Source: Chiloscyllium plagiosum
Lineage: Eukaryota
DNA: 64,000 nucleotides
NCBI RefSeq assembly: GCF_004010195.1
Contig: NC_057718.1
Coordinates: 59,631,622 to 59,695,621 of the forward strand
Direction: 5' to 3'
The stretch's first letter is position 1. Every line of letters starts with the position of its first letter. Positions 39,482 through 52,310 of this stretch are shown one piece after another. A model generated the notes under the pieces. It saw nothing but the letters and a program-made list of their open reading frames with translations. It had not been told where the DNA came from and searched no databases. The position numbers were made by a program, and so were the translations under genes.

Positions 39482-41334
39482 TTTCCACAGATAGAAAATT
39501 AGTTTTTTTGGCTTAGTACCAAAGCAATTATTTTGTAGTAATAATTACTTTGTACATTGTTGAAAACCAGGTTACAGCTCATTGACGCATAGGTTTCTTT
39601 GGAGTTTCACAAAGAGAATGACATAAAGTGGAAGTTTACATCTAGACGGTGATTTCTAACTGATTTCCAATTGTGGAACAGCTTGTAGAAACTTCTGGAT
39701 TTTCACATTTAACTGTGCAAATGCAGAATTCAGAAGTTACGGTCTTGCACAAAGTAATTGCATTGCACACTGATAATTTTGCCATCATTACAAAATGAAT
39801 ATTTGGTTAAATAACAAGATAGAATAACACTATGAGAAGACAATGGTGAGAAAAATTATTTTGACATGCTTCTGCAAATCTGTCTGTTCAATGATTATAA
39901 AGATATTTAGCCAGTGGTGTCATGTGATCAGCTGTTTTGGTTGGTGTTTACAGAATTGTTGAGAGTTAAGTAAGAGTGCACTGAGCATGCATGTAGACTA
40001 TTATTTCAGGACTTCATTGGCAGATGAGAAAACACTTTTAGAATTCAGCCTCCAGCACAGAATATCAAATAGAGTTTGTATTCCACAGCGAAGGTCGCCT
40101 CTAAGATCAGGGCTTGTACATCCCATTATTGTACTTTCTTTACCTACTCATTCATCTACTGATGAACATTTGTTCAATCCAGCACCATAATATACCATGG
40201 GATTAAGCTTTGATTTTTAGCACTGTTTTACATATAGAGGATGCATTTGAGAAATTAGCGTATATTCTTGATTTACAGGTCCAGGAATTTTTATTCAGTT
40301 GTTTGAAAAAAACCTCAGACTGTGAATCTGAAATTCAGATAATGAATGAAGAAAATTTGAAACTTAGGTTAGATAAATCATCACATGTACTGAAATATAG
40401 TGAAAAGTATTGTTTTATGTGCTAATTTCAACGAGTTGCCACTCTCCAGTGCCATCTTGGATCTCTTTAAATTGAATAATATAACGACAATACATTTCTA
40501 TTGTTTTTTTCACAGTGTCCAGTTATTGTTCATCCAAGGGTTCAATTCATTATCACCCACTTGGCTGTGATCTCCTTCCCCACCCCTTACCCCATTTCTT
40601 CCTACTTTTGCTCCTCACCTGATGGTCATCCAGATGCTGCTGCTGGGCATTGACAATTATTTAGTCAGTATCTTCACCCAACCCTGGCTGCTTGCCCAGT
40701 CTGAACCAGTTGTACACATTTTCCGAATCAACTTGTTCTTAACTTACACATCTCTATTGCAGCTGGGACTTAAATCTGGGTCTCCTAGTTTAGATGTAAG
40801 AACACTACCATTGAACCACACCTTTTTAGATGTGCTCCCTGTTAGAGAATTGAACCCCTGGCTCCCACAAAACAGACAGGGAGACTAACTTCCATATATA
40901 ATCTCTTAATATTATTCAATCATGAGTTAGTTTAATGATTTGTCTTCATTCATGTTTCATAATGTGAGCCTGATAATTGCATCTTTTACACTGCTTGATT
41001 GCTTAGGCCCATAGATGGAGTTCATGATTCGTGACAGACTCCACAGAAAATGTTTGAGAGACCTGGGAACTAGCAAAACACATGCATGCTGAAACCTCTA
41101 AGTTCTGTAAAAAAAAAAAGCAGGAGTCACTCTGCATTACTCTGATATAGATCAGAAAGATGTACAGCAACCCAATCCAAACATCACACAAGGTGACAAG
41201 CAGTTAGAACACACGATAAAGAGGTTTTGGAGAACATCCACAGGCCCAGCAATATTTTTTTCTTCATCATCCCTTGTTCTGGGAATGATAGCTTTCAGGG
41301 TTCAAGATCTGCATGCTCATTATGTTGAAGGACA

Positions 41335-41715
41335 ATTTGAGTACTTGTATATTTTATTGGACCAGAAAGCAGGTGAATATTTGAGGAGCTTATAGAAGGC
41401 ATGTCCTACATTTGATGCATTAGTAAGTGCTTTCAAAAAATACTTTAGATCAAAGGAAAGTGAGATGATTGAATGATATATGTTCTATCAGCAATCCCAA
41501 AGAATTTGTGACCATCAAATACGATGTAGCATTGAGGCAGTTTACTTCCACATGCAAATTTGGAACATAACCAAATAACTATTTTGTGGCCAATTGATTG
41601 AAAAGATTTAAATTCCATAAATGAGAAAACATCTCCTCATGGAAGATGATATTGTAATCTTGGTAAAGACAATGACTTTAGTCGCCCAGATCAAATTGAC
41701 CATGCTGGATGCAAG
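41335..41715 (+). pseudogene. Decayed Gypsy gag capsid region
   Basis: Reads VYFIGPES.*IFEEL / ALVSAFKKYFRSKESEMIE*YMFYQQSQ / VALRQFTSTCKFG / GQLIEK..MRKHLLMEDD..LVKTMTLVAQI, matching the gag consensus L.H..G.EG..IF / YF.PK.N...ERY.F..R.Q / LR.LA..C.F / DQLIE. Confidence 0.7.
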
Positions 41716-41929
41716 ACATTACTCAGGAATACACCCTTAAACTCAGGGTCACAGAAAATACTACCCATTCAGTACCATTATACAGGTAATGACAAGGAGA
41801 TCTCAGCAATCTCATGCTCTGTAGCAGCCAGAAACCTTCAAAATACTGCCAAAACTATGGAAATGCTTATTAAATCACAACACTGTGCTGATCAGAACAA
41901 AGGAAGAAAAGTATAACTTAAACTCAGAG

Positions 41930-42440
41930 TGGAAACATTTTGCAAAAATATGTAGGCCATCAAAGAAGTTGTCATCAAACCAAATAGAATAATTTTTTTC
42001 CTGAGAGTGAAATGTGATATGTATATACATCAGAGCAAGTAAAGCTATCATTTTAAAGATAGCAAATCTTGCAGGAGTGGGATTGTCCACAGAAATATGA
42101 TACAAGAGAAAGAGACCATTCCAGTGCAAAGCATGTAAGGCTTTATTTCAGATTCCCTTTTTGTTGCAGAGAGATCTGCTGATACACAACACTGAACAAT
42201 CTCTCAAATCTGATCTATGTCATAAAGCTTTTGAAACCCCCTCTGTGCTTAAGAATCATTAAAAGACACGTATTGAAGAGAAAGAGAAGATTTGTCCATA
42301 TTGTAGCCAGAAATCTGCCAGCAATGAAACATTACATGTGAACATTTGGGGAGTGCTCCCACTGTGGCAAGGCTTTCAGCAAGAATGAGAGATTAAAGAT
42401 ACATTTTAGAAGATGTACATATGGGGAGAAATCTTATCAG
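41930..42440 (+). pseudogene. PRDM5: Processed, decayed PRDM5 C2H2 zinc-finger fragment
   Basis: From 42113: [73 protein letters not shown]; after a frameshift at ~42350: ECSHCGKAFSKNERLKIHFR. As recalled, vertebrate PRDM5 reads [93 protein letters not shown]. Upstream KKLSSNQ and SCRSGIVHRN match earlier fingers. Stop codon at 42260-42262. Confidence 0.82.
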
Positions 42441-43720
42441 AATAGAACTAGACTTTAATAAGGAGAGAAGCTGAGGGAATATGTGAAGACAAAAAAAAGT
42501 TATATGATAGGTCATAGTTGTTGTATACCACTGACCATTCTTAATTCATTGACACCAATTAATGAGATGAGATCACAAAGTGACATATTGAACTCCAAGT
42601 AATGAGTAGTATCTTTGTTATTTAAAACAATTAAATTGAAAACACGGTCTTTGGTTAAAATGAGAAAAAAAATTATGTTTAATAGTTTTCAGTGTTTTAT
42701 TCTGCTCACCTTCTAACTGATCCTTGTACCTTGCTTGATTGCTTAAACTTATGGGTGGAGCTAGTGAGTCATGTAGCTGACTCCACGGGGAAATAATCTA
42801 GAGATCTGGGAGCTAGCAAAACCACTTACATGCTGAAATTTCTGTGAAGTTCTAAGATGTTTAAAGTTCTGTAAACAAAATATCTGGATTAAAAGCTAGT
42901 GTTACCTTTGCATTTCTTGGATGCAGTTCAGCTCAGTAAGAGATATATTAACGTATTTCAAAATTAACAATAACTTTGAATCTATTACCCCAAGTACTCA
43001 TTATGCTCTTTGTATGACATCCACTCTCCAAAATAATAACAAATGTTTCTAAGCTCTTTTGTACAAATCTTGATTTGCATTATTTTCTGCAACCCTATAA
43101 CTCTGTGTTCAAGGTTTCAGTCCCTTAACCCACTATTTAACATTCTACAAATCCTCAGACTACACGTGCAACTCTACATCAACAACCTAATGGAATCTTC
43201 TGTGCTTTTTGTTACTGTTATTTTGGTCTTTATCTTTTTTCTGGATCTCCTAGCTTTACTGGGAGAGCTTGCAACATTTTCAATGTTACTCTTTGCAATT
43301 TCCTCCTACAGCTCTTCTAAAACTTGCCCTCACTACATTTTAAAAGTTTCTTTACACTCTATTTCGATAACCAATCTTTTGATCACTTCTCATTTTCTGT
43401 TGCTGTGCGACCATTTCTTCCTTTTCTGCAATTATTTGGCAAGACTGGCATTTTCACCCTTACAGAAAGAAATTTTAGTGCTTGAAACAATGTCAAGCAA
43501 AAATGCGTGGTACCAATTAATAAATAACATATTTCTTTAATATGTGCAGATTACACCTCTGCTTGTTCACGCAACGTTATTCTTCCCCATATCCACATAA
43601 TCCAATGAATGCAGTAAAATTGAAATAATAACATATTATTTGTACATCTTGACCATTGAATACTCAAACTCTCTGCAGTCATATTCTGATATTGAAGATA
43701 ATAAAACAAAAAAAAAAATC

Positions 43721-43758
43721 AGTGACCTATTGATAGTCATGATTATCAATAGGTCACT
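43721..43758. repeat. Near-perfect 38-bp palindrome
   Basis: AGTGACCTATTGATA-GTCATGAT-TATCAATAGGTCACT: perfect 15-bp arms around a TCATGA centre. Confidence 0.9.
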
Positions 43759-45704
43759 ATTGATAGTCAAAAGGATAGTCATGATGAGTCATTATAAAAC
43801 CCAGAAGATGATGAACTCTGAATTATTTTGGGCTTAGCCAACAACATCTATTGCTAAATCTGAAAAAAACAATCCAAATTCCCTTGTATTTTTGTCCCTC
43901 ACATTGAAAATGAGATAATTCATACATAATGCTCGACTATTTTAATTTGAAAGTGGGTGAAGAAATATATTCTTAAAAAAACTGAAATTCATACATTTGA
44001 TGTGAACTGCAAGATGCAATTAAGGTCCATGTTTATATTAAATCAATAAATTAGCTCAAAATAAACTCAAAGACATCTAAGCTATTTTGCCCTGAACATT
44101 TTAAATGAAATGAAATATATTTCACGACAATTTTTGTAAATACAAATACAAAAGATATTTAGGGTGAAATCCAATTTAATATTAGGTTTAATAATCTCCA
44201 CTGTAAAATTAAAAGCATTTGTCAATGTGGAATGAAGTTAAGTGACTATGTGAGCAGATTATGGAGTTATAGACCATCCCTTAAGAGAAACCGAGTTCCA
44301 TAATACAATTGACTTTGGATTTTCAATACTGGCAGTTACTTCACCTCTAGCAATGATGTCTCTTAGGCAAGCAACATAAAGGACCAGATTGTATCTATCT
44401 GACAGAGGATTAGAAGATCAATATCAGTAGTATTATATTTTGCCACAAACTGCGACTGAGGTCAGTTACCAAGTCAAGGTCATTTATAGATAATAAAATC
44501 TGACCCAATGTGAACAGCATTGTCCTAATTCTGTGAAATATGGTAAGCTATACATGCAGAGAGTAATGCAATATCAATAATGATCTGTCTCAGCTTCCAA
44601 ATTTATTTTTTCCAATGATTACAAGGATTGTTTAAATAAGTAATGGCTTCTATTTATATTTGCTAAAATATAGCTGTGATTCTTCAAAATAATTGAGGTT
44701 CTTTAAAAATGTTGTGGATATAGTCATTGAACAAAGGAATCATCATTAAATTCATAGACAAACAACTTGCACTTGATGTCCTGTTCTAACTTTCTTTGCA
44801 GATAATCATGTGCTCTGTACTGAAATATTGTTTTTCACAATCTTTTGTGAAACAACTAATTTGATGCTGATTTTATCTAATTACACACAGTAATTTATAC
44901 TGAACATATTTTTTTAAACCACCCCTAATTTTCCTCATTAACTCTTCAATGTTGACTCTACTCCTCACCCTCTCCAAAATCATCCTCATGTACCCTGAAG
45001 GAACCTGGCAGCAATGATCCTCGATTGGAATTGCTGCAAAGGCTGCAATGGTCACTGATTCTGATGGCAAGCTGGGACCATTGGATTGGCTCGTGGTTCT
45101 CAGAGGCGGGAATCAATGGGGCTCGGCAGGTGTAGCTGATTGCTTCTTCATGTAAAATTCTGCCCCGTGATCCTACTGGAATTTTATCAACTTAGCCTCT
45201 CGCTAAGGGTAATTGGTACATGATCATAAAACAATGGTAACGAGGATAGGTCAGTTTGGCTCATTGAAAATTTACTCTTGCAACACCTTCCTTCAACATT
45301 CATGAATGCGCACTATAGTTTGCCTTAGCTTGCGGGAGAAAATGCCTGACATTTTCCCTGACTGGGTAGTCATGCGTTCTGTGTCTAGACAAGCTCAGCC
45401 AGTGGAGAAGACTAACCAGCTTTATTATCCAAAATCTTTTTCATGAATTGAGAAGACCCCTGAAGGATTTAAATGGATCTACATTGGTGGCAGTCCAACA
45501 AGCTGACTTGCTGTTAAAAAAAAAATGAGTACAGACTGCTCACTCTGAAGCTGAAGCAGAAATATTCAGCAAATGCTGCTATATTTGAAGTGAGGTGCCG
45601 ATTCCTTCCCAGACTTACACAGAAGGAGTGGACAGTGATCAACTCATTAATGGTGATGCTGAGATACTGAGGGGAAATATTATGGTAGTGGTAGACTCCT
45701 TATT

Positions 45705-45820
45705 TCTGAAGAAGGACCTGAAACATGAACTCTGCTTTCTCTCCACAGCTGCTGCCAGACCTGCTGAGTTTTCCCAGCAATTTCTGTTTTTGTAATTGAT
45801 TTCCAGCATCCGCAGTTCTG
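45705..45820 (+). mobile_element. Penelope pLTR fragment with eroded hammerhead core
   Basis: CTGAAGAAGGACCTGAAACATG..CTCTCCACAGCTGCTGCCAGACCTGCTGAG..CCAGCATCCGCAG. Confidence 0.7.
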
Positions 45821-46704
45821 TGGATTTCATGAAGAAACTGATCTGTTTTCAAATTAACCTTTTTCAAAATCCAACCAAGGATGAGGAGGTGAGTAAAGAA
45901 GAGGAGTTGTTTCATCTCCTCACTTAGGAGCTAACATTTTAGACTATCCCATCTGGAAAGTAAAGAATTGGGGAATCCTGCCTGGAATCCGGTTTTAATA
46001 CCATTTATCACACCAGGCCAAGCAGATGCTGTAATTTCCTATCCTAAAGAGGATAGAGGAAACAAGCTTCATCAGGAGTTACAGCTCATACAGCATAGGA
46101 AGCTGTCGTGCTCGTACAAAAATCTGCTCTTAAAACTGTCTTCTCTAGAATGGAAACCTAAACTTGACCAGTTTCACCAATTTATTCCCATGACTGAAAC
46201 CCTTCATTCCTGGAACCAGTCTTGAAAGTCTTTTCTGCCCTAAAATGCCATTTCCAAATTTGAAGTCATCATTCCAATTAAGGCTGAGCTAATATTTTAT
46301 AACCTTTCTTCATTACCATGAAAGCTAAATCCTACACATGCAAGAATTCTGAAATAGAAACATCATTGTCATTATTATTTTCATGACTGTCTTTACACCA
46401 CGACTATTCCCAAATTTCTATTTTTATTTTTGGCTGAAATTATTCCAGTGGTTTATTTTCACGTACACAGTAAATATTGATGTCATTAACATCATTATTA
46501 CCATATCACTATCACTACATTCTCCCCACCACCTCTCCACAAAGTCTAAATCTCACAGGTTGAGATAATCTGGACCCTGACTAGATGTTCTGATCTGGTT
46601 CATTTGAGTTCAGCACTTGGATTCTGGTGTTGCACTGTGTCTGGAATAGTTATGCCACTTCATATCTTATATGATGTTGTATAGATACAGGGATCCCATA
46701 CCAA

Positions 46705-47312
46705 GCGAAACTGTCCCTTTAACAAGATTATGTTGTCCTTGTTTTTTTTCAGAGAGATTGTAACCAAGACAGGTTCTGAATAGTCTGAGTTTGAAGTATT
46801 TTTGGGCCAATTTGTTTACAGCTAACAGATACTGCCTCAGGCAGAAGGCTTTTAAGCCTTTAAAAAACTTGGATAATGAAAGGGGAATGGCCAGTTCTCC
46901 CAGCTCAGCTATTGTCTGGTTTGTTTTTTTCTAGTAGTAGTGAAGAAAGGCTGCTGGAAGCAAGCCCAGGCTGGTTTTCTCTCTCTTTGAGTTCATTCCT
47001 GTAAGAACTTACGTTTGATTTTACCTTTTGTGCCAAGGGGTATTCATGGAGATTGTTGCAAGTCTTTGGAACAGCATCATTAAGTTGGAATAGTCTATTG
47101 GTTTTCAGATTGGATAAGTTATTCGGTATTCTGTTTTCTGTTCTCTTTGTGTTTCATTCAGTAAATACATTCTGTTTTGTTTAAAAGTGAGATGGTTGAC
47201 CAGCTGATTCTCTCTTGGAATAGCCACTGCACACTTGCGTAAAACAAATAGCAAAGTTAGGGTCTTGGCTAAGTTCTTGAAATGTTTTGTGGGGCTCGTC
47301 AGGTCCATAACA
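46705..47312. mobile_element. Solo LTR, same family as 38891-39481 in opposite orientation
   Basis: Ends GGTCCATAACA (reverse complement of TGTTATGGACC). Starts CTGTCCCTTTAACAAG.TT.TGTTGTCCTTG, the reverse complement of the other copy's end. Confidence 0.7.
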
Positions 47313-47861
47313 CCAGTGATGATCATACTCAAGTCCAACGTTTTGCCTCAAGTAAGATCAGTGTTATCTGTTTCTCCTGAATATATCTTCAGACATTCTG
47401 ACAACATAAGTTTCTTGTTGAGCTGTTTCTCTGATGACTATGACTTTGACTTTCTCTCCGTTAATCATATTTTCTGCCCTCTCTTTGAAGTTGACAGCAT
47501 TTTCCTCCTGTATCTAGAGCTGTGCCAGCTCTGCTCCTTTTTGCTGTGGCTTTTTTTCTGTTGTCTTACATTCTCATGTTGTTGAGAGGTTATGTTTGCC
47601 TCGAAGTTTTGGTTAGAACCTTCTCCTGTTAATCATTTTGCTGGTTAATATCCATTGTTTCATGGTGTTCCGCCATAACTCAGTCAAGCTCATTCTCAGT
47701 TTGGATTCTTATGAATCAGTGTCTACGGTTTTGACTGTTTCTTTTAACTCTCCATTTGACTAAGGATGGAAAAAAGCACTTGCCACTTGCTTAATGCCTG
47801 TCACACCAGTGATCTTCCTAAAATCTTTGTTCACAAATTGATATCAATTTTCCAATTCTAA

Positions 47862-48335
47862 TTAGAGTCATAGAGTCATAGGCAACAGATGCTCCAGTCC
47901 AACTCGTCCATGCCAACCAGATGTCCTAAGTTAATCTAGTCCCATTTGCCAGCACTTGGCCCATATCCCTCTAAACTCTCCTTATTCATATACCCATCCA
48001 GATGCCTTTTGAATGTAGTAATTGTACCAGCCTCCATCACTTCCTCCAGTAGCTCATTCCATACAACCACCACCCTCTGTGTGAAAAGGTTGCCCCTTTT
48101 AAATCTTTCCCCTCTCACCTTAAACCTTTGCCCTCTAGTTCTGGACTCTCCCACCCCAGGGAAAAGACTTGTCTATTTACCCTAACCATACCCTTCGTGA
48201 TTTTATGAGCCTTCAATGCTTTAGGAAAACCAGCTCCAGCCTGTTCAGCCTCTCCCTATAGCTCAAACCCTCCAACCCTGGCAACATCCTCGTGAATCTT
48301 TTCTGAACTCTTTCAAGCTTCACAACTTCTTCCAG
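47862..48335 (-). mobile_element. CR1 3' fragment
   Basis: (CATAGAGT)n-type tail; ORF 47936..48154 is the CR1 C-terminus (SRTRGQRFKVRGERFK..FTQRVVVVWNEL). Confidence 0.9.
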
Positions 48336-48368
48336 GAAACTATGCATCACAAAGATTCTGGCACTTCA

Positions 48369-48616
48369 CCAGACGTTGCTGGAAAATCCCAGCAGGTCGA
48401 GTAACATCTGTGAAGAAAAATCAGAGTTAACATCTTGGGTCTCGTGACCCTTCCTCAGAACAGTTCAACAGGTCTGGCAGCATTTGAGGAAGGGTCACTG
48501 GACCCTTAATGTTAACTCTGTTTTTCTTCATAGATGCTGCCAGACCTGCTGAGCTTTTCCAACAACTTCTGTTTTTTTCTCCTGATTTACAGCATCGGCA
48601 CTTCTTTCTGTTCTTT
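48369..48616. mobile_element. Penelope pLTR-derived inverted-repeat insertion
   Basis: GAAGAAAAA.CAGAGTTAACAT..GGGTC..GTGACCCTTCCTCA is inverted against TGAGGAAGGGTCAC..GACCC..ATGTTAACTCTG. TTCTGGCACTTCA is duplicated at 48356-48368 and 48617-48629. Confidence 0.8.
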
Positions 48617-48952
48617 TTCTGGCACTTCAATCCTTCTTGTATTATAGGTGACTGGACTAACATAATCTTCACTCTAAGATCAAACAGATCTGCTATGAAT
48701 CTTTCCTATTTCATTTCAGATAATCTTGATGAAATAATTGGCTTGGGGCTTGGCTGTGTATGGCACATGTTTAGCATTAAGAAATATAATTCTGTATGTC
48801 TTTTAAACGCCTTGACAATATACTGGCTGTTGTGCTCTTCCTTTACACTTTATGATACCTGTGTGTCCCCAGCCAAATTTCTGTAGGATTTTTTATTACA
48901 ATAATTAAGGTACAACCCTTCTATGATCATTCATCAATACTGTTGTTAAGTG

Positions 48953-49073
48953 AAATCAGAGGTAACGTTTTGTGTCGGGTGACCGTTCCTCAGATACTGC
49001 CAGACCTGCTGAGCATTTCATGTAATTTTTGTTTTTGTTTCTGATTTACAGCATCCACAGTTCTTTCAGTTTT
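48953..49073. mobile_element. Short Penelope pLTR-derived insertion
   Basis: pLTR motifs; TACTGTTGT[T/C]AAGTG duplicated at 48938-48952 and 49074-49088. Confidence 0.75.
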
Positions 49074-51339
49074 TACTGTTGTCAAGTGTTGTTTATGCTC
49101 GTGTACATTTTCAGTTTTACAAGACTATATTTCAACTGTGTTTGCAGACAGAGTTATCGGACCATTCTGTACACCTTGTCAGATGATTGAGCTGCAAAAA
49201 TGTTTCCTTAGTTGTCAGTAACATGTTGGTTATTCCTGTAGAATAACACTCTGCTTCTCTGACAAGAATAAGATCTATTGGCTGTTTGATCCACGGGTGC
49301 CCTCAAGCATGTACTCACCTATACTTGCACCTTGTCTGGAATGTGATATATTCCATGATCATTTCTCACTGGATTACGCCTAAATCTCTGTGTGCACAGA
49401 ATTTTTGTGATTCTTTAAAATCTCAATAATGTCACCAAAGGCACATCATGCAGATCAATTTAAAATTTCAGTCCCATGATTTAGTCTGCAAATCTTTCAT
49501 ATACCCATGTAACTGCTAATGCATAATTGTCTATAACTGTTCAGTCACCATCAGTGCTCGATATGTAAATTAGATTAGTTTTCATGTTCTGTCAGTTTTT
49601 CACTTGAATAGGTATTGTTCTTAGTCTGTGAACAAAGTATCTGTGGCTACTATAGTAAAGAAGCCTAAGTATCAGGGGAAAATAACTTTTCTTTAATCCT
49701 TTCAAAGCATCAGTCTGTTTCAGAGTCAAATACCATTCCTGGCCATTTTCAAAACCCCCTTAAGAGTTGAGTGAGTCCACATATGTTGGGGGTGAACCTT
49801 CCAATTTGATTTGCCATACCTAAGACTGCACTGTACATCACTTATACATTTTGGTGCCAGACTCATTCAAGTCTTTTGACTTCCTTGGATCCACAACAAT
49901 GCCTTCCCAGAAGGATAAACCAATAAAAGAGGTGAATAAAATATATTGGTCTGACTCATCTTGTAAACTTCAAAATGGAGGATCAGTACAACATGCACAT
50001 ACATTTCCAAATATTACTTTTTTGCCACTGATTTGTCCCTCTGATTTGTTCTTTGATAATGTCTCCTAGAACTGTGAAGTCTTTGTTTTGAAAAGAAAGG
50101 TATATTTCATTTACTTCATAGTTTTATCATGCCCCAACCCTCTGATTGTGTTCCTTCTTTGTTTTACCATGCATGAGGATATTATCTATTTGACAAATTG
50201 TTTCCCTGTTTCTTTTTCAGGATTTTTGATGTTGCCCTTTGGAAAATCTCAGGCACAAAGGAGATCCTAAGTGCTAACCAGTTGAAAGAACACTACCCTA
50301 AAATGATGTAATAAATATAATCATCAATCTTGACTCTTTGTCAAGGGTTATCTGCCAGGATCCACTGTTGGCATTCAGTTTTGTGGAATCTTGCTCATTG
50401 CCAATTTTGCCAAGCTATCATTGACAAATGAAATAGGATAGTTTACTTTCTGGCTCCTTTGTATGTGGATCTCCTTTAGTTAAGCAATGTTATTTCTACA
50501 TTTGTCTTGAGAACAATTATTAACCCTAAACATCATTATATCAATTCTATCACTGGCAATATGACTATTCTTTCAATCATGCTGTCTAACTAAGATTTTA
50601 TTATTCCAAAAAAAATGACGATGAATATTCTTGTAATGTGCCAACAAATGGGTTTAGCACCTTCTTGTAGCCATATCCACACTCTCAAAAGATCTTTGTT
50701 TTTGAGGTGATGAAGGATCTGTTAATTTACAATATCTTTTAAAATATCCCAATCGGCCATCTGATTAACAATCCATTCACCCTGCTGGACGGTTGTTGAC
50801 TTTGAATCTGCTAGTGAATTTGTTTGAAGCCTTGTCTTATATATCCTCATATGGTTAGTGATGTTGGTTTCTGCTGTCTTGGCATTTTGGCAGGCATTTG
50901 GGAGGAATATGATGCTTTTATGGGGTTTCTCCATCCAACTGTGTCAGAATAGGGGGGGACTTGTTGGGCAAAAGGGTCTGTTTCTACACTGTAGGAATTC
51001 TAATTCTAATTTTAATAATCCCTGATGATTTCTTGCAGGATTGACTGATTTAGAACCCTGATTCCTGCCCTTGTAGCAAATTGCATTATCTGCCATCATT
51101 AAATTCTCTTTGAATTGAAGAGAGTTTGATACCTTTCATTATTCACATCAACAACAATGTGATCTCTAACTAACTCATCCTTCAAAGTTCCACAGACAGA
51201 ACAGCTTACTAGATAATATAAATCTGTTACAAAGACTTCCATTAAATCCCCTAAATGTTGAAATTGTTCGTTAACTGTTGCCTGTTGGATCACTAAATTT
51301 GTTCTGGGCTAAAGGGCAGGTTAAATGTTTTAATCAACG

Positions 51340-52310
51340 TAACATATTTCGTAATACCACCACGACCATCACGTATTCCCGTGCTCCCTCTTGTCAGCAT
51401 TCTGCAGGGGCCATTTCTTTCCTGGTCCACTCCTCCTCCATTCCCAATAGTCTCAACTTCCAACATTCCTCACACTCTCATGTCACCCTACCGTGCAATC
51501 ACAGAAGGTGCAACATTCATCCTCTTACTTCCTCCCTTCCTCCTGACTATCCAAAACCCTCAATAATCTTCCAGGTGGAGTATTGATTTATCTGCACTTC
51601 CATCAACTTTTTGACTGTATTCATTGCTCAAAATGTGGTCTCCTCTACAATGGGGAGATGAACATAGACTGGATGGCTACTTTGCACCACAGCTACATTC
51701 TGTTCATAAAAATGACCCCAAATTTTCAGTTGCCTGTCACTTCAACACAGCTCCATGCTTCCATGCTAAGATTTCTGTTTCAGGTCTGCTGCAGTGCTCC
51801 AGAAAAGTTCAATGCAAGCTGAATGAAAAGCACCTCATCTTCTGCTTGGGGACCTTACAGCCTTCAAGACTCAGTACCAAGTTTAATCATTTTAGATGTT
51901 GACCACCCCCTTCCATGTCTATTACCTTCCCCACACCCCAGGTTCTATCATAAAATGGGTCACTTTCAGGGCAGTGAACCCATTTTCACCTACTCATAAC
52001 CCCCATTGTCACTTATCTAGCTTCTCTCCTTCCTTGACATACTATCAAAAATCCCTTTGTTTGCCAACTCTTCTTCTCTCTCACTCTCTGGCCTCTCTCT
52101 CCACTTATTCACTAACTCCTCTCAATCATCACATCCCATTACCCACATAAACCCTTGTCACTAGCATAAATATCAACTTTTCTCAGCTGCTATCAGCATG
52201 GATATTGATACACTGAAGAAGGGTCACTGGATTCAAAACACGAAAGCTATTTCCATTCCACAAATGCTGCCAGACCTGTTGAGTTCACCAATAATTTCTG
52301 CCTTTATTTA
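51340..52310 (+). mobile_element. Penelope-like element 3' part: GIY-YIG endonuclease remnant, 3'UTR and pLTR with hammerhead-like core
   Basis: DCIHCSKCGLLYNGE..LHSVHKNDPKFSVACHFN..KLNEKHLIFCLGTLQPSRL matches the PLE GIY-YIG (YCIRCSRCGLLYIGET..PVA.HFN..LGTLQP.GLN). CTGAAGAAGGGTCACTGGA.. at ~52213. Confidence 0.85.

Larger units (their letters stand above)
40950..42950 (+). mobile_element. Non-autonomous Gypsy-type LTR element carrying gag plus a captured PRDM5 zinc-finger fragment
   Basis: Diverged direct repeats at ~40950-41190 and ~42676-42950 (shared TGCTTGATTGCTTA..GACTCCAC..CTGGGA.CTAGCAAAAC..CATGCTGAAA..AAGTTCTGTAAA). A purine-rich run precedes the 3' repeat. Internal decayed gag is followed by zinc fingers. 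Confidence 0.7.

Noticed and set aside
42113..42440. Functional PRDM5 exon(s) of the host gene
   Set aside because: It has an in-frame stop, a frameshift and lost zinc-ligand residues, lacks splice structure, and lies inside LTR-like repeats.
43043..43540. 165-aa hydrophobic ORF
   Set aside because: Its composition reflects T-rich low-complexity DNA and it has no recognisable domain; it may be the antisense of a decayed repeat.
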